Source: an uncultured Candidatus Saccharibacteria bacterium
GTDB taxonomy: Bacteria; Patescibacteriota; Minisyncoccia; Phycocordibacterales; UBA918
Length of the DNA: 64,000 bases
Assembly (NCBI GenBank): GCA_964350985.1
Contig: CAYGLK010000001.1
Coordinates: 292,528 to 356,527, forward strand
Reading direction: 5' to 3'
Shown here: one piece after another, positions 1-10,031 of the stretch
How positions within the stretch are numbered: the stretch's first letter is position 1
Layout: every line of letters starts with the position of its first letter
Notes under the pieces: generated by a model
What the model saw: the letters and a program-made list of their open reading frames with translations, nothing else
Databases searched by the model: none
What the model was told of the DNA's origin: nothing
Position numbers and translations under genes: made by a program

Positions 1-556
1 TATCTTCGTCGTATTTACTAGCTAAGTCTTGTAGTTCAATTTTGAAACGATTTAGAATTTCTTGTTCAGAAACCAATTCGTCAGCTTTTAAAGTTCCGTG
101 AACTTGCTTTAAAGCTTTTTCGATGCTGTCAGCAAGTTTTCTTTCAGTAAACCATCTGTGTGTATAAGTAGGGTTTTCCTTACCTCGATAGAAAGGATCG
201 CCAACTATAAGTAGAAAATATAGATGATTTCGGGTAACTGGATCACTTGTTAGTTCATCTAAGAAAACGTGCTCAGCTACCACTCCTCCACCAAGCTGAT
301 CAATTAGCTTTTGGACTTCAATAAAAAGGTCATAATGTTTCTTGTATTCCTCAGATTTTTGAATTGATTGAATACCATAGTTTTCAATTTGACGAACTCG
401 CTCACGAGTGATCCCGTAAGATTGTCCAATAGACTCAAGAGTTGAAGTCTCACCGTCAGTACCTAAACCATAACGCTTACTCAAGACATCTCGAGCTCGT
501 TCAGGTAAAACACTTAGAAGTGACTTTGTGATCTGCTTTGGTTTAAATGAAATCAT
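1..556 (-). CDS. sigma-70 region-4-type HTH protein (partial, 3' end beyond window edge)
   Basis: Open frame from the ATG at 554-556 to the window edge. Translation MISFKPKQITKSLLSVLPERARDVLSKRYGLGTDGETSTLESIGQSYGITRERVRQIENYGIQSIQK resembles sigma-70 region 4.2 (LxxRYGL...TLEEIG..FGVTRERIRQIE). Not in the ORF track because it is truncated. Confidence 0.45.
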   Translation of the reverse strand, partial: MISFKPKQITKSLLSVLPERARDVLSKRYGLGTDGETSTLESIGQSYGITRERVRQIENYGIQSIQKSEEYKKHYDLFIEVQKLIDQLGGGVVAEHVFLDELTSDPVTRNHLYFLLIVGDPFYRGKENPTYTHRWFTERKLADSIEKALKQVHGTLKADELVSEQEILNRFKIELQDLASKYDED

Positions 557-687
557 AAAATTTTTAAGTTTGCCAATTAGTTTCCTCAATGCGTGGCTAT
601 ATTTATAACATGACTAGCTGAATAGGTCAACAAGTAAATGTGGGTTTAAATATCTAGTACAAATCCGATGATTTTAGCGCGCATACA

Positions 688-3564
688 TTACGCTTCTTTA
701 ACGATCATATTTAAGATTCTACCCGGAACATAAACAGTCTTAATTTTTGCTGTACCGGCTATTCTAGCCTTTAAATCATGGTTATTATCAACTTCTGCCA
801 AGGCCTCTTCTTCAGTTGCTGTTGGGGAGATTGTGATTGATCCCCGGAGTTTTCCGTTGATCTGAACGCCAATAGTAACACTCTCGTCCACAATCAAATC
901 TGGGTTAACAACTGGAAAAGTCTCAAGGTGAATTGAGACATTCTGTCCATTTTGATGCCAAAGTTCTTCTGTGAGGTGTGGTGCAAAGGGTGCCAATAGT
1001 TTTAAAAACTGACGGTAACCGCCTTCACTGACACCCTCCTTTTCTGCCTTATTAATAAAGATCATCATCGTACTGACGGCAGTATTAAATTTAAATCCTT
1101 CGATATCCTCAGTCACTTTTTTGATTGATTTGTGTAAAAGTGTGGTTACAGACTGATTTTCCTGCTCAGTTATATGAGAATCTAGGCCATAAACTCTCTC
1201 TAAGAAGCGTCTAGCACCAACTAAACCGTCCTGACTCCAGGCGATGGTGTTTTCAAACGGACCCATAAACATCTCGTAGACTCTAAGTGTATCTGCTCCA
1301 ACAAGTTTTACAATATCGTCAGGATTGATCACATTCCCCCACCTCTTACTCATTTTGCGACCATCCTCCGCTAAGATAAACCCTAAAAATTCCAACCTCT
1401 GGAATGGTTCGATAGTACTGACTACTCCAATATCATATAGGAATTTATGCCAAAAACGAGCATATATTAGGTGTCTAACAGCATGGTCTCCGCCAACATA
1501 CACATCAACCGGAGCCCAAGCTTTTTCTATTTCTTTAGACACAAGTTCACTTGTATTTCTTGGATCCATGTATCTAAGGTAATACCAAGAAGAACCAGCC
1601 CACTGAGGCATGGTGTTTGTCTCGCGTTTAGCTTCAATTAAAGTTACTCCTTCTGGAGCTGTGTCTGAAACAATAAAGTCTCCTTGCTCAGTTACATAGC
1701 CGGTGACATTAACCCAATTTTCAATTGTAGCTAAGGGCGATTGTCCATCTCCAGCCGGTTCATAGTGTTCAACTTCAGGCAGCGTTACTGGTAGCTGATT
1801 TTGGGCAATAGGATATACCGCACCTTCTTTAGTGTGTACGACAGGAATTGGTTCACCCCAGTATCTTTGTCTACTAAATACCCAGTCTTTTATTTTGTAA
1901 GTTTTTGCTATTCTTCCATCAACTTTTTTAACTATTGCTTCTCCAGCCTCTTCTGAGTTCATTCCGTCAAATTCTCCTGAGTTTATTAATTTTCCTTCCG
2001 CAGTATAGACTCTATTTTTTAGGTGTAGTTTAAAAAATTCTAAATGATGATTAAAGAAACTTTTATTTGAAAGTATTTCTTCTGCAGAACACCAGGTTCC
2101 TTTCTTTGTTTCTTCATCAATTATTTCTCTTCTAGTATCACCACTTAGTTCAATTAAGTAACATGTATCTGAACATAATTCTTCTCTACTCTTTCTTGAC
2201 TTATATCCACGACTGTACTGGGAGGATATGTACTTAATATTTTTAATCTCCGTGTAGCCAGATTCTTCAGTTAGTTCACGTATGGCAGTTTCTTCGCCAG
2301 TCTCATTCTCTTCTCTACTCCCTCCAACAAATCCACATAAATTATCTGTAAAAGTTACCACATAGTATTTATCTTCAGACCAATGTTTAGCAATAACCGT
2401 AGACGCTTTAAATTGATGGATATCTTTGTCTGTTTGTGGAGCATCCTTTCCCGTTAAAACTACGTAAGGAGCAACAACATCAATAATGTTTAATCCAAAT
2501 TTTTTAGCAAAAGCATGATCGCGCTCATCATGCGCTGGTACAGCCATAATAGCTCCAGTTCCATAACTAGCGAGTACATAGTCAGCTAGATAAACAGGAA
2601 TAACTTCCCCATTTACGGGGTTAGTTGCAGTTACGCCTTCAAGCAACACTCCAGTTTTTTCCTTGGTGTCGTCTAGTCTGTCCATCTCCTTTTTTTCAGC
2701 TGTCTTTTTAATATAGGCTTCTACTTCATTCCAATTTTTAATTAACCCTTTGTTCTTTGAAACTAAATTATGTTCAGGCGCTAACACTAAATAAGTAACG
2801 CCAAAAAGCGTATCTGGCCTAGTTGTAAATACTGTAACTTTGTCAGAGGTAGAAAGTGTGAAATCTATTTCAGCGCCCTCGCTTCTGCCAATCCAGTTTC
2901 TCTGTGCTTCTTTGATATGTTCTGGCCAAGTTAGGGTGTTTAGATCTTCTAACATACGATCAGCGTAAGCTTTGATATCTAAGATCCACTGCCGCATTGG
3001 TTTTTTTTCCACTACTGAACCGCAACGCTCGCAACTACCATCACTCTCCAGGTCTTCGTTTGCTAGACCGGTCTGACAACCAGGACACCAGTTAATCGGT
3101 TCATAACTTTGAGTTGCTAAACCTTTTTTGAAAAGCTGGATAAATATCCACTGTGTCCATTTATAAAATTCTGGATCGGTGGTATTTATTTCACGATCCC
3201 AGTCATAATCAAAACCAAGTATTTCAAGCTGTTTTTTAAAGCGGGCTACGTTTGTTGCTACTGCTGCACTAGGGTGAACTTTATTTTTGATAGCATAATT
3301 CTCAGCCGGTAGACCAAAAGCATCCCAACCCATGGGGTGCAAGACTTCATGTCCGGTCATTCTTTTGAATCTGGAGTAAATGTCAGTAGCGATATAACCT
3401 TTTGGGTGGCCAACATGCAATCCTTCTCCAGAGGGATAAGGGAACATATCCAGCACATAAGTCTTCGGTTTATTAGACACTTCGTCTACTTTATAGATAT
3501 TTTTCTCACGCCAAGTATTTTGCCACTTCTTTTCAATTTCAGCTGAGTCGAATTTTTTATGCAT
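688..3564 (-). CDS. leuS: leucyl-tRNA synthetase, carrying an inserted Nudix hydrolase domain
   Basis: 958 aa. Class I HIGH motif (HVGH near aa 50) and KMSKR are present. Editing-domain motifs TTRPDT and AHDERDHAFA are present, and the C-terminal anticodon-binding region is typical of bacterial LeuRS. About 135 extra aa follow the editing domain and contain a perfect Nudix box. Confidence 0.95.
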   Translation of the reverse strand: MHKKFDSAEIEKKWQNTWREKNIYKVDEVSNKPKTYVLDMFPYPSGEGLHVGHPKGYIATDIYSRFKRMTGHEVLHPMGWDAFGLPAENYAIKNKVHPSAAVATNVARFKKQLEILGFDYDWDREINTTDPEFYKWTQWIFIQLFKKGLATQSYEPINWCPGCQTGLANEDLESDGSCERCGSVVEKKPMRQWILDIKAYADRMLEDLNTLTWPEHIKEAQRNWIGRSEGAEIDFTLSTSDKVTVFTTRPDTLFGVTYLVLAPEHNLVSKNKGLIKNWNEVEAYIKKTAEKKEMDRLDDTKEKTGVLLEGVTATNPVNGEVIPVYLADYVLASYGTGAIMAVPAHDERDHAFAKKFGLNIIDVVAPYVVLTGKDAPQTDKDIHQFKASTVIAKHWSEDKYYVVTFTDNLCGFVGGSREENETGEETAIRELTEESGYTEIKNIKYISSQYSRGYKSRKSREELCSDTCYLIELSGDTRREIIDEETKKGTWCSAEEILSNKSFFNHHLEFFKLHLKNRVYTAEGKLINSGEFDGMNSEEAGEAIVKKVDGRIAKTYKIKDWVFSRQRYWGEPIPVVHTKEGAVYPIAQNQLPVTLPEVEHYEPAGDGQSPLATIENWVNVTGYVTEQGDFIVSDTAPEGVTLIEAKRETNTMPQWAGSSWYYLRYMDPRNTSELVSKEIEKAWAPVDVYVGGDHAVRHLIYARFWHKFLYDIGVVSTIEPFQRLEFLGFILAEDGRKMSKRWGNVINPDDIVKLVGADTLRVYEMFMGPFENTIAWSQDGLVGARRFLERVYGLDSHITEQENQSVTTLLHKSIKKVTEDIEGFKFNTAVSTMMIFINKAEKEGVSEGGYRQFLKLLAPFAPHLTEELWHQNGQNVSIHLETFPVVNPDLIVDESVTIGVQINGKLRGSITISPTATEEEALAEVDNNHDLKARIAGTAKIKTVYVPGRILNMIVKEA

Positions 3565-3644
3565 AACAAGAAATTATCACTAACGAACTAACAGTATGCC
3601 ACGATACTGTCGCTATGTAAAAACGAAATATAATTAACTACAAA

Positions 3645-4547
3645 CTACTCAGTGACCCGATCGAAACAATAATTTCCTTGCTTGTAGTTCCAGTTTTCTG
3701 CATTTTTAATCAGAGCGTCTTTATCCATCACTGGTCGATAGTAGAAGTCTTCTTGTGTGTCGTTTGAATTACTTGAGAAATAAGCGCAAAGTTTAAAACC
3801 GGTCTCAGTTACTTCGTAAATATAGTCTGGACGGTCTTCTGGAGCCGCTGGTACAGGAAATTCACCATATAGTTCTTCAAGTGTTCTCGGCAACTCACTA
3901 CTATCAATACTCACCTTCTCCTCTATTCGCCATTGAATTTGTCTCAAATCTTTAATTTGTGTCTGATCTAATCTTCTTTCTCGTGTTTCTGTTGGGTTTT
4001 CTGTCTGCATAAAACCAAAAACAAGGGATGCTAGTACTACAACAATTGCTCCTAGGGCATACATTTTTGATTCCTTTTCTCTAGTTAACCAATAGCCACG
4101 AGTATCCTGGAGGTAATAGTAGAAAGCAGCACCGATAACTACAAGTAAGACAGCTGCCTTTAGGATAAACCTAGTAGTGATTTCACCGTTTAGAAAAGCT
4201 AGGATGATACTAACCAAATCACCAAGAAGTACTCCTCCACCAATAAGTAGCGACAGATAGATTAGCCACTTTGTTAGTCCCAGGTATACATGATTAGTTT
4301 CTTGTCGGTGAATCTTATTTACTTTACGTGTCAAAGCCAAGTATGTAGGAAAAAAGACAACTAACATAGCAATGGCTATTTTTAGGCTCTCTCTAGAACT
4401 TTCTACTTGCCAATAACTATCAATAGCATCAGGGTAAAGTAAATTGATGATACTAAAAAGTAAAACAATTAAAAATGTGATTGATAAATATAAAGTTACT
4501 AATGATCCTAGTTGTAGGACAAAGTTTTTTGCTGTGTTATTTTCCAT
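3645..4547 (-). CDS. hypothetical integral membrane protein (multi-TM N-terminal half, soluble C-terminal half)
   Basis: 300-aa ORF. Several hydrophobic helices in aa 10-190, then a charged soluble tail. No recognisable catalytic motif. Confidence 0.5.
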   Translation of the reverse strand: MENNTAKNFVLQLGSLVTLYLSITFLIVLLFSIINLLYPDAIDSYWQVESSRESLKIAIAMLVVFFPTYLALTRKVNKIHRQETNHVYLGLTKWLIYLSLLIGGGVLLGDLVSIILAFLNGEITTRFILKAAVLLVVIGAAFYYYLQDTRGYWLTREKESKMYALGAIVVVLASLVFGFMQTENPTETRERRLDQTQIKDLRQIQWRIEEKVSIDSSELPRTLEELYGEFPVPAAPEDRPDYIYEVTETGFKLCAYFSSNSNDTQEDFYYRPVMDKDALIKNAENWNYKQGNYCFDRVTE

Positions 4548-4588
4548 ATGACTATAAGTATGCTCTCTTTTGGAAAGGACGTAAAGCT

Positions 4589-4876
4589 ATGCCATACTGT
4601 ATAAATATGAAATCAGATGATCTTAAAAAAGCGCCAAAATTGTTTTGTGAAAGTGTTAGCGTTGGCTTTACTCCAGAGTATTTTGTTATTGGTCTTAGTT
4701 CAGGTACTCAAGGAACTCTTTATACCTTCACACCACAACACGCTAAGCGCTTGCAACAGTATCTAACTCACCAAATCGAAGAATTTGAGAAAGATAACGG
4801 GAAAATTGACGCCAAGTGGAATCCAAATGTAGTCAGTCCAGTTCAAAGGATGAATCCTCCAACAAATCTAAGCTAA
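4589..4876 (+). CDS. small hypothetical protein (DUF3467-like)
   Basis: ATG at 4589 preceded by GGAAAGGA (RBS). The track's earlier start at 4481 would overlap the convergent gene. Sequence FCESVSVGFTPEYFVIGLSSGT resembles DUF3467 proteins. Followed by a strong intrinsic terminator. Confidence 0.45.
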   Translation: MPYCINMKSDDLKKAPKLFCESVSVGFTPEYFVIGLSSGTQGTLYTFTPQHAKRLQQYLTHQIEEFEKDNGKIDAKWNPNVVSPVQRMNPPTNLS

Positions 4877-4892
4877 TTCTGATAACAAATTG

Positions 4893-4929
4893 CCGCCCGA
4901 TAAATATCGGGCGGCTTTGTCATTCTTTC
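4893..4929. terminator. rho-independent terminator (bidirectional hairpin)
   Basis: GCCGCCCGATAAATATCGGGCGGC is a perfect 9-bp GC-rich stem, followed by TTTGTCATTCTTTC. It sits between convergent genes. Confidence 0.75.
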
Positions 4930-5203
4930 ATGTCTGAAGGTCGCTTTTGTAATAGATGGCTATTGTTCCATCAGAGTGCTTCACTGATAAATAATAGCCA
5001 TTATCTTCGACAGGGTCCTTGATAAATGGGTAGTAGTTTACAACTACACCAAGTTCTTCGACCCTGGGAGCGACTAGCGAGCGCGGCCAGGGGTTTTTGA
5101 AAGCTGCTAGGGTTTTTGTGCTCAAATCAGGCCCAGTGACAATCCTCATCTCTGGCTTAAGTTGCTGCGTATAGCTTCGCGGTAGTTGCGTTTGGCCGTC
5201 CAT
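4928..5203 (-). CDS. hypothetical protein
   Basis: 91-aa ORF with no recognisable motifs. Slightly higher GC than its neighbours. Confidence 0.35.
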   Translation of the reverse strand: MDGQTQLPRSYTQQLKPEMRIVTGPDLSTKTLAAFKNPWPRSLVAPRVEELGVVVNYYPFIKDPVEDNGYYLSVKHSDGTIAIYYKSDLQT

Positions 5204-5349
5204 GAGGATGTCCTTGCTGGAGAAAAGAGCAGTTCATTAACAGAACTAATCTAAAAATAAATTGTAGTCTAAATGTCTGAAAATTGCAAATGATAGCACT
5301 CCATACATCAATTTCTTAACCTCGGATTAGTAAGGAAATATCTCTTTGG

Positions 5350-6447
5350 CTAAATCATGAACTCAATCACGTCGCCGTCTTTTACTATATAATCCTTGCC
5401 TTCTGTACGCAGCTTCCCTTCCTCACGAGCAGTTTTAAGTGAACCACACTCTACTAAGTCGTCAAAAGTAACAACTTGAGCTCGGATATACTTCTTTTCA
5501 AAATCTGTATGTATTGCAGCTGCAGCTTTTGGTCCTGGTGAACCAATTGGAACTGTCCAAGCGCGGGTTTCTTTTTCGCCAGTCGTAAAATAACTCATTA
5601 ATCCTAGACGGTTGTAACAAGCACGGATCAAACTCTCAACACCGCTTCCTTGAGCTCCATATTCCCTTCTAAAATCGTTTTTTTCATCATCACTCATGTC
5701 ACGTAAGTCATGTTCCATTCCAGCGTCAACCACAACATATTCAGCTCCAGTTCTCTCAAAATATTCAACTAGATTTTGCCACCTTTCATCATTTTGTTCA
5801 TCAAGATTAAAGGCGTCTGTTTTTTTGTTGCAGACATACAAGAACGGCTTCATTGTCAGTAAGTGAAGTCCCTTGATTATCTTAGCTTCTTCTTCAGTAA
5901 CTTCGAGCATATTAGCTAGGTTTCCACCGTCTAGGTGTGGCTTGAGGCGAGCTAATACTCCTTGTTCAATAACAGCTGTCTTATCACCGCGCTTTGCGTC
6001 ACGCTCAACGTTCATTAACCTTTTTTCTACAGTTTCAGCGTCAGCCAGAATAAGTTCTAAGTTAATCACTTCAATGTCAGAAAGTGGATTAATCCCCCCA
6101 GAGACATGGTGGATATCACTATCTTCAAAAATACGGACCACCTCTGCAATCATGTCCGTCTCACGAATATTTGCTAGAAATTTGTTCCCCAATCCTTCTC
6201 CTGAAGCAGCACCAGCTACTAACCCTGCAATATCAACAAATTCTACAATGGCCGGAATGATTTCCTGTGAACCAGATATCTTTGATAAGGCAGCTAAACG
6301 ACCATCTGGAACAGCCACGACTCCAACTGATGGATCGATAGTTGCAAAAGGATAGTTGGCAATTAATACTTCATTTTTAGTAAGGGCAGTAAAAAGCGTA
6401 GACTTCCCTACGTTTGGTAAACCAACTATTCCAACAGATAATGACAT
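5350..6447 (-). CDS. ychF: ribosome-binding ATPase YchF (Obg-like GTPase family)
   Basis: N-terminus GIVGLPNVGKSTLF (G1 motif). DxxG and NKxD-like motifs are present. The C-terminal TGS domain ends ...GKDYIVKDGDVIEF. Collinear with E. coli YchF over the full length. Confidence 0.95.
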   Translation of the reverse strand: MSLSVGIVGLPNVGKSTLFTALTKNEVLIANYPFATIDPSVGVVAVPDGRLAALSKISGSQEIIPAIVEFVDIAGLVAGAASGEGLGNKFLANIRETDMIAEVVRIFEDSDIHHVSGGINPLSDIEVINLELILADAETVEKRLMNVERDAKRGDKTAVIEQGVLARLKPHLDGGNLANMLEVTEEEAKIIKGLHLLTMKPFLYVCNKKTDAFNLDEQNDERWQNLVEYFERTGAEYVVVDAGMEHDLRDMSDDEKNDFRREYGAQGSGVESLIRACYNRLGLMSYFTTGEKETRAWTVPIGSPGPKAAAAIHTDFEKKYIRAQVVTFDDLVECGSLKTAREEGKLRTEGKDYIVKDGDVIEFMI

Positions 6448-6516
6448 ATAGACGCAAGAGTATCAGATAAATAAACAAAAACAATATAGATAAATTTATA
6501 TTAAGTTTCTTGTAGA

Positions 6517-7371
6517 CTATTGCTTCCTTCCCTTTTCCCAGAAATTTAATTTTGCATACTCATCTGCAAAGTTACCTAAAACGTCTCTCCAGTCAGATTT
6601 AACCGGCTTAACATGTTGGCGGATTGTGTGGAGATCAGTAAAGCCGTGGAAAAAGTCATCCTCGATTGTTGTTTGGGCAACATTTGTAAAGTCGTGAGGG
6701 TATTTTTTTTCACCGAGAAAAGCATAAATCTGATCCAGTACTTTTGTAGGGTTGGTAGTTAGTTCATCAAAAAAAACAAAGTGCATTCTATCTCCATACC
6801 CACGCTGTAAGGCGTCTTTGACGCGATTGTAAGCACTTCCGATAGGTTGGTTGGTTTTTAACCAGACCTTACAACGCTCTTCAACTGTTTGAAATTCATT
6901 TGGGTGTTGTTTTTCTTGAGATATCTGCCCTGTTCTAGATTCTTTGCGCCATAATTTTTCAAAACTAGAAAGTACGTCGCGAATATCTCTAACACAAACC
7001 AGTACTTTGGCCTTATGACCTAGTATCTCTTCCCCCATTTCCAAAAAGCCTGGCCAACCGCGTGATTTATCAAAAATAACAGGTGCTTTTATGTCAGAGT
7101 AGAAAGAAAACAGCATTGCCCGTAAAACTCTCAGTTTAGCGGGGTTATTTCGTACTGCTTTAAAGGCAGCGATAGCGTTCCAGTTGTTTCTGATAGCCAG
7201 AAGCATATCAAGTACTCCAGAGGTTGCAGTAGCATGGAAACGAGGGTTTTGGTTAAGGATATTACACAAAAGAGTGGACCCGCTTCTTGGTAGACCTGAT
7301 ATAAAATGAAACTTTCTTTGTGAGTCTAGAACTTCACTTGGCATTATTGAAGGTTTTTCCGTGTTTTGCAT
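6517..7371 (-). CDS. sulfotransferase family protein
   Basis: PRSGSTLL matches the PAPS 5'-phosphosulfate-binding loop, and RDxRDVxxS lies downstream as in the 3'-phosphate-binding region. 284 aa. Confidence 0.55.
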   Translation of the reverse strand: MQNTEKPSIMPSEVLDSQRKFHFISGLPRSGSTLLCNILNQNPRFHATATSGVLDMLLAIRNNWNAIAAFKAVRNNPAKLRVLRAMLFSFYSDIKAPVIFDKSRGWPGFLEMGEEILGHKAKVLVCVRDIRDVLSSFEKLWRKESRTGQISQEKQHPNEFQTVEERCKVWLKTNQPIGSAYNRVKDALQRGYGDRMHFVFFDELTTNPTKVLDQIYAFLGEKKYPHDFTNVAQTTIEDDFFHGFTDLHTIRQHVKPVKSDWRDVLGNFADEYAKLNFWEKGRKQ

Positions 7372-7428
7372 GGCTCTATTATAGCTTGAGTAGGTTCAAA
7401 TACAACTTAAGCACATATTTTAATAAAA

Positions 7429-7899
7429 ATGGCTAAATCCAGGAACAAAAATGATAGTATTGAGTGTATGGAAAAGCTAAGTCAATTACTAATCGAAAAT
7501 CAATCATTTTTGAGTAAATGTCAGGCTCGGGCTGTTTATTGTAGAAAATCCATCAGCTCAGTCGAATCAGATTTTCACAAACAATACGGATCCTTTTCAT
7601 CCTACTGGGATGACTGGCTAGAAGAAGTTGAAGAGATTAAATTTGATCTTGAAGACAGTATTTCAAATACTACGTTGTTTCTAAGTGAACTAAAAGATTA
7701 TATAAATAACTATACTGACAAAAAACGCCACACCAAGTCTGATAAAGAGTATCACTTAGAAGTTATTGCTCTAACTCAAGGTAAGTTAATAGAGCAGCAG
7801 GCATTAGTAAAGGATGTAGATTTTAGAATAAACCTTCACAAACAGATGACTGAAAAACTAACTCAGGTTGAACGAATTGAAGAACTAAATGACGATTAG
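7429..7899 (+). CDS. hypothetical coiled-coil protein
   Basis: 156-aa charged, helical ORF, divergent from the sulfotransferase gene. Confidence 0.4.
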   Translation: MAKSRNKNDSIECMEKLSQLLIENQSFLSKCQARAVYCRKSISSVESDFHKQYGSFSSYWDDWLEEVEEIKFDLEDSISNTTLFLSELKDYINNYTDKKRHTKSDKEYHLEVIALTQGKLIEQQALVKDVDFRINLHKQMTEKLTQVERIEELNDD

Positions 7900-7958
7900 T
7901 TTCTTTTAAATAAGATTCTGAAATAACACTTATTGGTGTACAATATTGAGTAATACTT

Positions 7959-8990
7959 ATGGCTTTTTATAGTCCGCGGAAAATAATAATCAAGTTAACT
8001 ATCGCAGTTGTACTGATTGTTTTTGTGTTTATTGCAGCAGTATATTTTTTAACCAGAGAGCTTGTCATTAAACCAGCTCTTTTAACTGAGGAAAAAATAT
8101 CACAGTCAGAAGAATTGGATCTGCCACCACCATTCCCAACTGGAGTTGATTTAAAAGCAGAATCAATAACTGAGTATCCTGACCTTGATATTTACATTGA
8201 GAGTAATCTATCTTTTGATCAAAATAATTCTAGAAAAGATCAATTTTTTGATCGTCTTCTGGCTAAGTTAGTACAGTGGGACTGGTATCAAAACTTAGCT
8301 TCATCAGTTAGCCGTATCTTAGTTATATATTCTGGAGAAAGACAAGAAGAAATTGTCAAAAACTTTACTGATATTTTAAAATGGAATGAAGAAGAGAGTG
8401 AGTTATTTTATCTTTATATAAGCGAAGCTGAACCTACCTTGTCTGAAGGAAAATTTTATCCTGGTCGTTATGTTGTTCCTTATGATGCAACTCCTGAAAT
8501 GGTGGCTGATCTTTTATATGAGCGATTTGAAAAAGAGGTCTTGGAACGATATACAATTGAAGTTATTGAAAAGGTTCCACTTAATACAGCTTTAACAGTT
8601 GCCTCGTTACTTGAAAGAGAAGCTTATGACTTTGTTGATATGCGTTATATCTCGGGTATCATTTGGAATCGACTATTTATAGATATGCCTCTTCAGTTGG
8701 ACGCTACTCTTCAATACGCTAGAGGTAGTCAAAGTTATGAAGCAAAATGGTGGCCTAAAGTTGTACCAAAAGATAAGTTTATTGAGTCTCCTTACAATAC
8801 ATATGAAAACACTGGTCTACCACCAGGACCGATAGCAAACCCATCTGTTGAATCAATCATTGCGGCTCTAAATCCCAGGCAGACAAACTGCATGTTTTAT
8901 TTCCATGACGCAAAAGGAAAATTTTACTGCACTGAAACTTATGCAGAACACGTAGCCAAACTTAAAGAAGTTTACGGAAGAGGAAGCTAG
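7959..8990 (+). CDS. mltG: endolytic murein transglycosylase MltG (YceG-like)
   Basis: N-terminal TM helix. The C-terminal block NTYENTGLPPGPIANPSVESIIAALNP...YFHDAKGKFYCTETYAEH matches the MltG/YceG signature. Confidence 0.75.
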   Translation: MAFYSPRKIIIKLTIAVVLIVFVFIAAVYFLTRELVIKPALLTEEKISQSEELDLPPPFPTGVDLKAESITEYPDLDIYIESNLSFDQNNSRKDQFFDRLLAKLVQWDWYQNLASSVSRILVIYSGERQEEIVKNFTDILKWNEEESELFYLYISEAEPTLSEGKFYPGRYVVPYDATPEMVADLLYERFEKEVLERYTIEVIEKVPLNTALTVASLLEREAYDFVDMRYISGIIWNRLFIDMPLQLDATLQYARGSQSYEAKWWPKVVPKDKFIESPYNTYENTGLPPGPIANPSVESIIAALNPRQTNCMFYFHDAKGKFYCTETYAEHVAKLKEVYGRGS

Positions 8991-9055
8991 ATTATGTAAA
9001 AGAAATCGCTGTCAGAGACAACGATTTCTTTTCTTTTAACTAAAGATTAAATTCT

Positions 9056-9670
9056 CTAACAAGACTTCTTTCCTAGATTTTCAACTTCTTTTAGCCACTT
9101 ACCTCTGACTGTATCAGTCACCTTCTCACATGGACCAAATGAGCTTACTTCGGTACGAATACCTGCAAACTCCATGATGCCGTATTGGATTTCGTTTGTG
9201 TAGTCACCAAACTGCCACCAAGTCTTGAACGGACTGTGAGAGCCGGAAAGAATAATTACTCTAGCTGTCTTCCCTTTTAAGTGTTGCTCAATTTTCTTAG
9301 TTTGTTTGTTAAAGTTAAAAGCAAAACCAGGCAACCAGAATCGATCAAATAGTCCTTTGAGTAAAGCTGGCATTGAACACCACCAGTTTGGGTAAACAAT
9401 AACAATATGATCAGCTGCTCTAAACTTTTCTTGGAGGGCTATTAAATCTGGTTCAAGATGTTGAATTTCTTTGTATCCTTTGTGAAGAATTGGGTCAAAC
9501 TGTAGGTCACCTAGATTTGCTCTTTCTACATTGTGTCCGGCATCTTCTGCTCCCACCTGATAATGATCTGCCACTGTACCAGTGAAAGAATCTTTATCGG
9601 GATGTCCGCAAAGGACCAGAATATTTTTTGGGTTTTGCATATCGTCTAAGTATAACGGAACAAGTCGCAA
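9056..9670 (-). CDS. flavodoxin-like NAD(P)H-dependent oxidoreductase (Flavodoxin_2 / quinone reductase family)
   Basis: ILVLCGHPDKDSFTG near the N-terminus and WWCSMPALLKGLFDR are typical of FMN-dependent NAD(P)H dehydrogenases. The true start may be the internal Met at ~9640. Confidence 0.6.
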   Translation of the reverse strand: MRLVPLYLDDMQNPKNILVLCGHPDKDSFTGTVADHYQVGAEDAGHNVERANLGDLQFDPILHKGYKEIQHLEPDLIALQEKFRAADHIVIVYPNWWCSMPALLKGLFDRFWLPGFAFNFNKQTKKIEQHLKGKTARVIILSGSHSPFKTWWQFGDYTNEIQYGIMEFAGIRTEVSSFGPCEKVTDTVRGKWLKEVENLGKKSC

Positions 9671-9691
9671 GCGTAGCTTGCGACTTGTTGA
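9657..9691. terminator. hairpin, probable terminator for the upstream minus-strand gene
   Basis: AACAAGTCGCAAGC-GTA-GCTTGCGACTTGTT is a 14-bp perfect inverted repeat just downstream of the stop of gene 9717-10031. The T-tract is weak. Confidence 0.45.
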
Positions 9692-9716
9692 TTACTCAAA
9701 CTTGCGTCAATTAAAT

Positions 9717-10031
9717 CTAGCGACGAATCGAACCGTTTGGATTAAATTTTCCTTGAGAACCGGCTTGCATTTTCATTAATTGATCTTTCATTTCCGGACT
9801 CATTGCAGTCATTATTTCCTTTTGAAACTTTGGCAATACCTTCATAGCTGCTGCCATTTGATTGTTTCCATTACTTTTTAGTTCAGCTTGCATCTCTTTA
9901 GCTATTTTTTCAAATAGAGCCGGATCTTTTTCCACCATCTCCAGGATCATTTTTTGTTGCTCTGGTGGAGCGTCTTTCATTTGTGACTGCAAAACCTTCT
10001 TCAGGGCAAATTGTTTTATTTTTCCAAACAT
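9717..10031 (-). CDS. small Met/Lys-rich helical hypothetical protein
   Basis: 104 aa. Repeated M/K/E/Q-rich helical segments and no known motif. Confidence 0.4.
   Translation of the reverse strand: MFGKIKQFALKKVLQSQMKDAPPEQQKMILEMVEKDPALFEKIAKEMQAELKSNGNNQMAAAMKVLPKFQKEIMTAMSPEMKDQLMKMQAGSQGKFNPNGSIRR

Noticed and set aside
1325-3546. Plus-strand ORFs 1325-1582 and 3337-3546 inside leuS
   Set aside because: They are antisense to a strongly supported 958-aa LeuRS ORF. Their sequences are low-complexity, with no independent support.
5873-6355. Plus-strand 160-aa ORF inside ychF
   Set aside because: It is antisense to ychF. Its composition is Ser/Ala/Pro-rich, typical of a shadow ORF.
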